Virus genome (UHGV): UHGV-0140522
Source of the DNA: a virus
Reading direction: 5' to 3' (one strand)
Length of the DNA: 64,000 nt
Shown here piece after piece: positions 45,789 to 53,615 of this stretch (position 1 is its first letter; every line of letters starts with the position of its first letter). Both the position numbers and the translations under genes were made by a program. The notes below the pieces were generated by a model. It made no database searches. It was not told where the DNA came from and saw nothing but the letters and a program-made list of their open reading frames with translations.

Positions 45789-46406
45789 TTACGCTGCCTT
45801 TTTACGTGGTCTCTTCTTCCTGACAACATTGGCAGGATCATAACCACCCAGCTTTTTCATCACCGCCAGCGGTATCTTGCTGATGGTGTGCCCAGCTTCC
45901 TGACAGTAGCCACGGAAGATAAGCAACATGCTACCACCAGGGTTGATGTTCACCTCCACCAGCCCAAGTTCAACATCCGGCTCAACGAACGCCACGCGGC
46001 CGCCAGACAAGATGACGGTTTCGTTGGCGCATTCAGCCGCACGCTCGTACCACTGCGTATCGAGGGATTGTGGTATCAACATGACTGTCGTCACTCCACG
46101 CGCCTGCTCGCGAATGGCTGCGTCTATCCAGGGGGTGATTTTGGAGTAGGGCGGGTTAAGGAACGCCACAGTGCCAGGTTCTCCCCAGCTGCACTTGAGC
46201 GCATCACGCTCAACACCGATAAAGTTCGGCAGGAGGGCATTATCTTTGTTGCAGGCGACGTCCACATCGAACTTTACGCCTATGTAACGTTGGATGGCGA
46301 CAAACAACCACTGCGGTGTGCGCCAAAGGTCGCGAAGAGAGGCATCACGCTCTCGCTTTTTGATTTTTTCGGCTGCGATCATTACTTTGTTCTGATAGGT
46401 AAACAC
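45789..46406 (-). CDS. dam: DNA N6-adenine methyltransferase (phage Dam family)
   Basis: LWRTPQWLF and FLNPPYS motifs; alternative ATG at 46382 because the listed start is a GTG inside a palindrome. Confidence 0.6.
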   Translation of the reverse strand: MFTYQNKVMIAAEKIKKRERDASLRDLWRTPQWLFVAIQRYIGVKFDVDVACNKDNALLPNFIGVERDALKCSWGEPGTVAFLNPPYSKITPWIDAAIREQARGVTTVMLIPQSLDTQWYERAAECANETVILSGGRVAFVEPDVELGLVEVNINPGGSMLLIFRGYCQEAGHTISKIPLAVMKKLGGYDPANVVRKKRPRKKAA

Positions 46407-46419
46407 TTACCTATTTTTT
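46393..46419. promoter_or_regulatory. AT-rich palindrome family member
   Basis: TGATAGGTAAACACTTACCTATTTTTT. Confidence 0.45.
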
Positions 46420-46567
46420 CATTTAATCCAACGGATAGCAAACAAAGAAGAACGCGCCAGATCCGCAAACGGGAAGCTCTCTGGCGCGTTTTATCGATGC
46501 TGGGTATGCGATTAGCTTACCCAGCGTCCTAAAGCTCTCAGGGGGCTTTAGATCGGGTAGGGGAACA

Positions 46568-47413
46568 TCATCCAATGGAATACTCCGCTATGAATTTTTT
46601 GACGATCGGCGACTCTTTATTAAGGGTTAGATTTCCACCTTCCCTGGTGGCAATGCCAGTAGCTGGAAACACAGCCATCATCTGGCCAGCCTGAGTCGAA
46701 GCGGTGTTGAGCGGATATGGTTTTTCCGGGTTGCTCATTAGCGCCAGTTTAATGCTATTGCTGGTCGCCGTGTTCGCGTCAAGGATATGGCGCATTGCGA
46801 TTACCGTGTAGACGCTGATTTCCGGCCCACCACTAAACCAGTTCAAAAGGTTTAAGATCTTGTCTTTCGCTTTGACTGGCGCCCCTTCGAATGCGGCAGT
46901 AAAGCTCTCACTTTCCAGACCGGCTGTCGCATAGAACGATTCGTCCTTACCTTCCAGCGTGAAGCGAGGTTTGGCCGGTGTACGCTCTGATTTTGCCTTC
47001 TGGCGTTTTGGCTGCTCTTCTTCAGGTTTAGGCTCTGACGCCACTGAAGGTAAAGGGGTTGGATCTGTACCGGTAGTCTCAGTACTTCGAGCGTCAAGTT
47101 CAGGCGCTGTCTCGTTCACTATCTCCGCAACAAGGTCACGCTCTGGTTCCTCGACCTTCACCGATTCGTGCTCAATCTCAAGTTCTTCCAGAACGCTACT
47201 CAGATCGCCGGTAGAGCTGGCATTCATGACTTCATCCGCCACCGCCTCGACTGGTTTTGCGATTGCATCATCCAGACCAGAGAGAAGATCGTCTATCTCG
47301 TCGACCCCGCTCATTTTCGCAGCTTTCTGAACTGGTTCGTCGAGAGATTGCAGCATTGCAGTCAGTTCGTCCAGGTCATCGTTTTTAACAGTGTTTGTAA
47401 CTGCGCTCATTTT
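46568..47413 (-). CDS. hypothetical acidic protein (281 aa from Met with AAGGAG RBS)
   Basis: Track ORF 46568..47494 trimmed; Asp/Glu-rich N-terminal half. Confidence 0.45.
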   Translation of the reverse strand, partial: KMSAVTNTVKNDDLDELTAMLQSLDEPVQKAAKMSGVDEIDDLLSGLDDAIAKPVEAVADEVMNASSTGDLSSVLEELEIEHESVKVEEPERDLVAEIVNETAPELDARSTETTGTDPTPLPSVASEPKPEEEQPKRQKAKSERTPAKPRFTLEGKDESFYATAGLESESFTAAFEGAPVKAKDKILNLLNWFSGGPEISVYTVIAMRHILDANTATSNSIKLALMSNPEKPYPLNTASTQAGQMMAVFPATGIATREGGNLTLNKESPIVKKFIAEYSIG

Positions 47414-47538
47414 TAACTCCTTATGTTTTCGTTGGTGCGTTTCCGCGTTTTGGTTGAGCGTATTTTGGCAAAACCTATCAGGCGGAAAAGTCATAATTAC
47501 AGGCAGTTAGAAGAACTGAAGGCAAAGAAAAAGCGCCA

Positions 47539-48096
47539 TCAGGCGCTTTCGAATGGGAGTTTGAAGAAGCCGTATTTCTCTCGGGCTTTGAAGAAACACT
47601 GCATCATCAGGTCAGTATCGTAGAGAGCGCTGTGGGCCTTCTCACGGTCGTAAGTGAACCCAAGTGAGAACGCCAGCTCTTCCAGGCGTGGGCGCTTCCC
47701 ATCCTCGGTAGCCCACAAGCCATCCAGCATGGAGTCAACCAGAGGGATATCTGGCAATTTCACCCCATAGCTACCGAACTCGTGGCGAATGAACGGAAGG
47801 TCAAAAGCCTCTCCGTTATGGGCGACTAACGCGCTACATGCGCCCATGTACGCAGCAATCTTGCCTGCGTGGTCAGCCAGTAGCGGTTCCGTCGCCAGAT
47901 CTTCCAGTGAAATGCCATGCACTGCCTGCGCCTTCGGATCTATGCTTCGACGCGGGTTGAAGCGCATCTCAAGGCTGTCGATGTGCTTCTGGGTTTCCAG
48001 TTCATAACGGGTTATCGCGATTTCGATAATTTTGTGGCCGGATGTGAAGTCCAGCCCTGTGGACTCAATATCGACGCCACCGACAATCGTGGTCAT
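47539..48096 (-). CDS. DnaQ-like 3'-5' exonuclease (DEDDh)
   Basis: Exo I VDIESTGLD, Exo II HNGEAFDLPF, Exo III HSALYDTD. Confidence 0.7.
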   Translation of the reverse strand: MTTIVGGVDIESTGLDFTSGHKIIEIAITRYELETQKHIDSLEMRFNPRRSIDPKAQAVHGISLEDLATEPLLADHAGKIAAYMGACSALVAHNGEAFDLPFIRHEFGSYGVKLPDIPLVDSMLDGLWATEDGKRPRLEELAFSLGFTYDREKAHSALYDTDLMMQCFFKAREKYGFFKLPFESA

Positions 48097-48105
48097 TCGT
48101 ACTCC

Positions 48106-48525
48106 TTACAGCTTCTTCGCGCCTTTCAGCAGTGCGCCACGCACAAACTGAGCAGCCTTTTTCAGTGCGTCCTCGCCACTTTCACAGACGACCGGCTCGC
48201 GCCATTCGCCCGTTGATGTGTTGAGGATCTGGATTTGGTTGGTCTCCAGGCAAACGGACACGTACAGAACCGTACCGCCTGAGAGTTTGAGGTGCATAGG
48301 AAACAGAGGGCGCTTGGTGCCGCCATTGAACTGCGACATCGCCACATTGATGGCTTCGCCAACCTCTTCCCCAACAAGCCCTTGAACGGACTCAAACACT
48401 GCGCGGATAGCCAGACGTGCTTCACGTTCACTCATCAAAGAGCGGGATTGTTCGTCAGCAATGCGGATCAGTGCTTCAATCGCTTTACGATCTAATTCAT
48501 CCGAGAGGGGAAGTTCGTCTATCAT
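48106..48525 (-). CDS. hypothetical protein (139 aa)
   Basis: Within the minus-strand DNA-metabolism operon. Confidence 0.4.
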   Translation of the reverse strand: MIDELPLSDELDRKAIEALIRIADEQSRSLMSEREARLAIRAVFESVQGLVGEEVGEAINVAMSQFNGGTKRPLFPMHLKLSGGTVLYVSVCLETNQIQILNTSTGEWREPVVCESGEDALKKAAQFVRGALLKGAKKL

Positions 48526-48588
48526 TCTGTTTTTCCTCGATTCATTTCGCGTGTCTTATTGTCACACTGCCCAACAGGGGAGCAACAT

Positions 48589-49233
48589 TCAGTGGAAGGT
48601 CACTCGTCCTGTTATACGGCGCTCGATGTTTTCAGCGGCTCTGTCCAGCACTCGCAATACCGATCTGGCTCGCGCTTCAACCGTGCGGCACTTTTCAGAA
48701 ATAACGAACACCTGCAGATCGCCGGTTTGGGGAAGCGTGTTGATTTTCGTCAGCTCACCGCACATAAGTGCATCGATGCGAGCAACATAGAGACGGTCAA
48801 GCGATCCTCGCTGGGGACGCGCGAGATCTTTGCTGGAAAGCTCAACGCCCGGGCGAAGACCCGCGATAGCATTGAAGTTGGAAATGGCCGCTTTGTGGCA
48901 AAACTGCTCAATGTCGAGAGCCAGCTCGATGCAGCGGTCTTCGTTGGTCTGGCCGACCAGGTCAAGCGTATAAGCCATGACATCGGCTGGCGTGCGGTCG
49001 ATAACAAAACCTTCAACGCCGCGGGTGATCATCTCGATGTGTCTGGCAATCTCCATCTGAACCTGAAGACGTTCGTAAAGGGGCAAACGCTCGCCAACCT
49101 TCACCCCCAGACTGCTCATCAGCTTGCCAACGCCGGCATCCACATACGGAATGCCATAATGCGCATCGATGTACCTTGCCAGGGTTGTTTTTCCACTGCC
49201 CTGTGCGCCAGTGATTCCAATCCGGTAATCCAT
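48589..49233 (-). CDS. P-loop nucleoside/nucleotide kinase (putative dNMP kinase)
   Basis: GITGAQGSGKTTLA Walker A at N-terminus, DRTPAD lid-like motif; adjacent to dhfr/thyA. Confidence 0.45.
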   Translation of the reverse strand: MDYRIGITGAQGSGKTTLARYIDAHYGIPYVDAGVGKLMSSLGVKVGERLPLYERLQVQMEIARHIEMITRGVEGFVIDRTPADVMAYTLDLVGQTNEDRCIELALDIEQFCHKAAISNFNAIAGLRPGVELSSKDLARPQRGSLDRLYVARIDALMCGELTKINTLPQTGDLQVFVISEKCRTVEARARSVLRVLDRAAENIERRITGRVTFH

Positions 49234-49709
49234 TACGACCTTCTGTATACGATCTGCAAAAAGCCAGACTCATCCTCATTTGCACGTTGGGTATAAGCCG
49301 TTTCGACTGGTACGAACCCTAAAGAACGCATCATTGGCGCCGGGAAGAACGCATCCGCGCCCGGCACATCCACGCCAATATGCGACAGCCAGATCTCTTC
49401 TACGTGTGGCATAAAGAGCGAGTAAATCTGCCCGCCACCAATCACCCAGACCGGATCTGGTAGTCTCAAAACGTCATCGATGCCAGCGGGGTAGAACCCA
49501 TTGGGGATATAGCCACGAGAGCGCGTCAAAACGAGGTTATGGCGCTCTGGCAGCGGGCGTTTAAGACTTTCCATCGTCTTACGTCCCATCACGACAGTGG
49601 CGTTTTTGGTGAGTTGTTTGAACAGTTTCAGATCGGTCGGGCAACGCCAGGGAAGTTCGTTGCCAATGCCGATTTCATAGTTGCGGCCGACAGCTGCAAT
49701 CATCTTCAT
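49233..49709 (-). CDS. folA: dihydrofolate reductase
   Basis: MKMIAAVGRNYEIGIGNELPWRCPTDLKLFKQLT...VVMGRKT matches the DHFR N-terminal pattern; 158 aa. Confidence 0.75.
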   Translation of the reverse strand: MKMIAAVGRNYEIGIGNELPWRCPTDLKLFKQLTKNATVVMGRKTMESLKRPLPERHNLVLTRSRGYIPNGFYPAGIDDVLRLPDPVWVIGGGQIYSLFMPHVEEIWLSHIGVDVPGADAFFPAPMMRSLGFVPVETAYTQRANEDESGFLQIVYRRS

Positions 49710-50118
49710 TGGCTTACCTCATAGATGGTTGGTCGCTGGTGAGAATCTGCCAGCGCAGAACGCAGACGCGGATCGTGAACCAGTGCGGCGATAAGTAAGT
49801 CGCCTTTGTGCTCTGCCAGCGTGCGCTTGATATGGGTTTCAAAACTGACACCGCGCGGAACCAGGTGGAGCCAGTCATAATCAATGCCGAAGTCCTTCAG
49901 CCAGCGTTTGGTTGGGCCTTCGAGCGCTTCCGGACGACTACTGATAAGCACCACTTCAGCACCGGAGCGAGCAAAACCACGCAACATGCGGCTGGTGGGA
50001 AAGATGAGTTCATCACCGGCAATGAGAGCGCCTGCATCCGCATCAGGCACTGCTTTGCGATGGCTGGCTCTCGCCAGCACACCTTCAATTTCACACAACA
50101 CATACATCCCTCTGGCCA
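49706..50118 (-). CDS. hypothetical protein (137 aa), degenerate HAD-like N-terminal motif
   Basis: Start 2 nt after the thyA stop; VLCEIEGVL resembles the HAD motif I with Glu in place of Asp. Confidence 0.35.
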
Positions 50119-50120
50119 TA

Positions 50121-51236
50121 TCACACCGCCACTGGAACCTTGATCCACGGAAGAGGGCTGTAGCCGCACACCTGCACACCTTCCCATTTGAAGTCGTCCA
50201 GTTCGGCCCATTCATGCGGGAAGATGACAACCGGGTCGGACTCTTTGGGCGGCTCGCGCTTCATCAGTTCCTCAACGCCTTCCATGTGGTTGTCGTAGAG
50301 ATGAACGTCAAAGCCAAAATGCACGAATGCGCCAGCCATGTGGCCGGTGATCTTCGCGAGGAAGTGGGTGAGAATGCCGTAACCGGCGATGTTGAACGGC
50401 ATACCAACAAAGGTATCGACGCTGCGCTGCACCAGGCATGAGTTCAGAATGCGTTTCGGGATGCCCAGCTCGTCCAGCATGTTCTCAGTAATGCCGCCAT
50501 CTCTTTCCAGAAGACACAGCATCTGGGTGTAAATGGACTCGTGGCCGTGGCGGTTGTGCTGAATGCCAATATCGGTGGCCATCGTCAGTCGGGTCTCAAA
50601 GTCCAGCTCGCGACTCCACAGTGAAAACACGAAATGGCATGGCGGCAGCTTCATATCTTCCAGTTCGCCAACATTCCAGGCATTCAGCAGGATGCGACGA
50701 TCTGTCGGGTTGGTGCGAAGCGTGTGAACGATACGCTGTAGCTGGTCGATTTCACGGGACAACACAACGCGATCTTCGCTTACGCCCAGATACCCCTCGA
50801 CCTTGTACCCGCGCTCACGGAACGTGTCGATTTTGCTCAAATACTCGCTATGGCTCACGATGCGGGTGTCTTCCCACCGACGCCATTGCTTGCCATAGAC
50901 CGGGCCTAAATCGCCATTTTCATCAGCCCAGGCATCCCAGATTTTGACGCCATTGTCTTTCAGGAACTGGATGTTGCCCGTTCCTTTGAGATACCACTCC
51001 AGCTCAACCAGTAACGGCTTCAGATTGACGGCTTTTCCGGAGATAAGTGGAACAGAGCCGCCCGTCAGCATGTAGTAGGAAGGGACATATGAAACGCTTT
51101 TTGTGCCGGTTCCGGTGCGATCACCAGCGTGAACGCCAGTGTTGAGCACCGTTTCAACCACTTTGGCATACGAACCACTGGCAAACTGACCGTTCGTAAA
51201 GTCTCGATTCAGTAGGATAGACAAAATCAACCTCAC
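50121..51236 (-). CDS. thyA: thymidylate synthase (ThyA family) with ~50-aa insertion
   Basis: Catalytic KLPPCHFVFSLW and CLVQRSVD...GMPFNIAGYGILTHF motifs; 371 aa vs ~264 for E. coli ThyA. Confidence 0.75.
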   Translation of the reverse strand: MRLILSILLNRDFTNGQFASGSYAKVVETVLNTGVHAGDRTGTGTKSVSYVPSYYMLTGGSVPLISGKAVNLKPLLVELEWYLKGTGNIQFLKDNGVKIWDAWADENGDLGPVYGKQWRRWEDTRIVSHSEYLSKIDTFRERGYKVEGYLGVSEDRVVLSREIDQLQRIVHTLRTNPTDRRILLNAWNVGELEDMKLPPCHFVFSLWSRELDFETRLTMATDIGIQHNRHGHESIYTQMLCLLERDGGITENMLDELGIPKRILNSCLVQRSVDTFVGMPFNIAGYGILTHFLAKITGHMAGAFVHFGFDVHLYDNHMEGVEELMKREPPKESDPVVIFPHEWAELDDFKWEGVQVCGYSPLPWIKVPVAV

Positions 51237-51390
51237 ACAAGATAAGTAAGTACATACACATTATTTTATACAAGTTTATCTGTCAGAAGTGTGTAAGGCT
51301 AGGAGGGGAGTAAAAAAAATGGTGGCTCTTAGGCCACCATTGCAATGAGCAATTAAGAACTTGGACAATAAAACACGCCAAGGCAATATA

Positions 51391-51420
51391 TAATGATAAG
51401 TAGATACTTACAATTATTTT
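51391..51420. promoter_or_regulatory. degenerate AT-rich palindrome family member
   Basis: taatgATAAGTAGATACTTACaattatttt. Confidence 0.3.
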
Positions 51421-52283
51421 TTTACCATCTCGTAAAGAGATGATGATTTCGCCTTCTCAACAAAGCGAGTCAGATCCACATCGCTGTAGGTCGGGGATTT
51501 GAGGATCTTGCCATCAGAAATTCTGAAGCCAATCATCATGTCAGTCCCTTCAGCATGGCGGAAGCCCAGGTCTTCCTTGTCGTATTTGCAATTCTCTACC
51601 GCCACACGACGCTCTTCGGCGTCAGCCGGCCACAGCTTGGTCATGTTGGAGCGATGGATTTCTGCCACCAGCTCAACAATATCGATACCGAGAAAATCAG
51701 CCAGGCGGTAGGTCATCATGCAGGCAACGTAGATTTTGTTCATCACGCGGCGCAGCTCCTGCACCAATTCGGAATCGCTTATCGGCTTCGCTTCTAGTTT
51801 GTCAGCCAGCGCATTCAGCATTAATGCAGCTTCTTTTGCTTCTTCAAACGGGATGGCCATATCGTCAAAGACCGTGTTGCCCGGAACCATGATGGTGTGG
51901 ATGAAGCGATCAACACTCTGCTCTTGGGTGTAGTAGCTCATGCCCGTAGAGATTCCGCCTTTGATGGCCACCATTGTGCCGACGCCCACGTAAAGGAAGT
52001 CAGCCATCGCGTCCAGCAGTGCCGTCATATCCCCATTTTTGGCTGCCGGGATGCCCTCGGTAACAGCTTCTTCGTGGATCAGCTTGGCACGCAGACGCAG
52101 TAATGCCGGATCTGGAATGGCACGGCGTGGGTGCTGAAACAGTGTGTGGAACTGGTCAACCATCAGGTAGATGCTTTCCGTTGCCTTGCCAAAACCAGGA
52201 TTCAACTCGTAAGGCTCTGGCTTAAATCCCACGAGTTTGTCTGCGGCAAGTTTCAGATGATCGGTCAGTTTCGTAAATTTCAT
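51414..52283 (-). CDS. all-alpha NTP pyrophosphohydrolase-like protein (MazG/dimeric dUTPase-like), putative
   Basis: EExxE...DxxD-like acidic helices (LIHEEAVTEGIP...DAMADFLYV; ELVAEIHRSNMTKLW); start taken at MKFTKLTD. Confidence 0.3.
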   Translation of the reverse strand: MKFTKLTDHLKLAADKLVGFKPEPYELNPGFGKATESIYLMVDQFHTLFQHPRRAIPDPALLRLRAKLIHEEAVTEGIPAAKNGDMTALLDAMADFLYVGVGTMVAIKGGISTGMSYYTQEQSVDRFIHTIMVPGNTVFDDMAIPFEEAKEAALMLNALADKLEAKPISDSELVQELRRVMNKIYVACMMTYRLADFLGIDIVELVAEIHRSNMTKLWPADAEERRVAVENCKYDKEDLGFRHAEGTDMMIGFRISDGKILKSPTYSDVDLTRFVEKAKSSSLYEMVKK

Positions 52284-52365
52284 GTCTTCTTTCTTTCCTT
52301 TGGACTTCATTTGATACGTCAATTGTGACCCAGCAGCGCCAGGCCACAAAGTGGTTAAACTCGGC

Positions 52366-53508
52366 TTAAAGGTCTGCGAACTGGCTCAGGCCGGAGCGAT
52401 CGACAGCGGAGTCAATCTGGCCAACGAGGTAGTTGCTTTGTTCAGCTTCCTGCGGAGCGATCTGCAGGGTGTCTGACAGCAGCCATTTGTTCATCCATAC
52501 CAGTGGATCGTCTTTGATTTCCGGGAACAGCGGTCGCAGCCCAAGACGACGCATTGCCAGGTTGGTGCGGTATTTCACATAGCTTTTGAGGATGTCGGCA
52601 TTCAAGCCAATCATTGCGCCGTCTTTAAACAGATAGTCAGCCCAGCGCATTTCCTGCCCGGCCACGTCCATCATGGTCTGATAGATGAAGCTCTCTTCTT
52701 CTGCGGCAATCATCTTCCACATCAGACCTTCACGACCGGTACGCATAAAGCGGATCATGCGTTCAGTACCTTCGCAATGCAGAGCCTCGTCGCGCGCGAT
52801 GAAGCGCATGATCTTCGTGTTGCCCTCCAGCAGCTTCCGCTCACCAAAGGCGAACGTACATGCAAAGCTCACGTAGAAGCGAATCGCCTCCAGTGCATTC
52901 ACTGACACCAGTGTGCGGAACAGCTGGCGCTGGAGAGGGTAGGGCTTGCCATCAAACTCGCTGACATACAGCCGTTCAAATTCGTCTTCGCCAAGATGCT
53001 GGCGAGCGCAGGTCATTTCGTACAGTCTGTCATATTCGCTTGAGATGCTTACAGCCCGGCTGATGATCTCTTCGTCCGTGACGATGCCGTCGAAAACGAT
53101 GCTCGGGTCATCCACCATACCGCGGATAATGTGGGTATAGCTGCGGCTGTGAATCGTCTCAGAGAACGACCAGGTCTCAACCCATGTCTCCAGCTCAGGA
53201 ATGGAGATCAGCGGCAGTAGTGTTGCGTTTGGACTGCGACCCTGAACGGAATCCAACAGCGTCTGGTAACGCAGGTTGCTCAGAAAAATATGGCGTTCGT
53301 GCTCTTGCAGCTTGGTATTGAAGTCGATGCGGTCAGTGGTAATGTCGACTTCTTCAGGGCGCCAGAAGAACGAGAGTTGTTTCTCAATCAGCTTTTCGAA
53401 GTCACGGTACTTTTGCTGATCGTAGCGTGCTACGTTGACAGACTGGCCGAGGAACATAGGTTCCTTCGTTGCGTCGTTAGCGCCCAAACGGAAAGTAGAA
53501 TAAGTCAT
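52366..53508 (-). CDS. nrdB: ribonucleotide reductase class Ia beta subunit
   Basis: Strong identity to E. coli NrdB blocks including [15 protein letters not shown]. Confidence 0.9.
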   Translation of the reverse strand: MTYSTFRLGANDATKEPMFLGQSVNVARYDQQKYRDFEKLIEKQLSFFWRPEEVDITTDRIDFNTKLQEHERHIFLSNLRYQTLLDSVQGRSPNATLLPLISIPELETWVETWSFSETIHSRSYTHIIRGMVDDPSIVFDGIVTDEEIISRAVSISSEYDRLYEMTCARQHLGEDEFERLYVSEFDGKPYPLQRQLFRTLVSVNALEAIRFYVSFACTFAFGERKLLEGNTKIMRFIARDEALHCEGTERMIRFMRTGREGLMWKMIAAEEESFIYQTMMDVAGQEMRWADYLFKDGAMIGLNADILKSYVKYRTNLAMRRLGLRPLFPEIKDDPLVWMNKWLLSDTLQIAPQEAEQSNYLVGQIDSAVDRSGLSQFADL

Positions 53509-53537
53509 GTGTTTCCCTCTGAATGTTATCGAGTGGC

Positions 53538-53573
53538 TTTAAACAAATTGTTATCTTATTGGTTTAAATAAGG
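53538..53573 (-). promoter_or_regulatory. early promoter/operator motif copy upstream of nrdB
   Basis: TTTAAACAAATTGTTATCTTATTGGTTTAAATAAGG. Confidence 0.55.
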
Positions 53574-53615
53574 TGCTCAACTCAATGAAAAGGTGGGGAT
53601 TTCTCCCCACGCTCA

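Noticed and set aside
45888-46532. 214-aa plus-strand ORF
   Set aside because: It is antisense to dam.
48559-49296. 245-aa plus-strand ORF
   Set aside because: It is antisense to the kinase gene.
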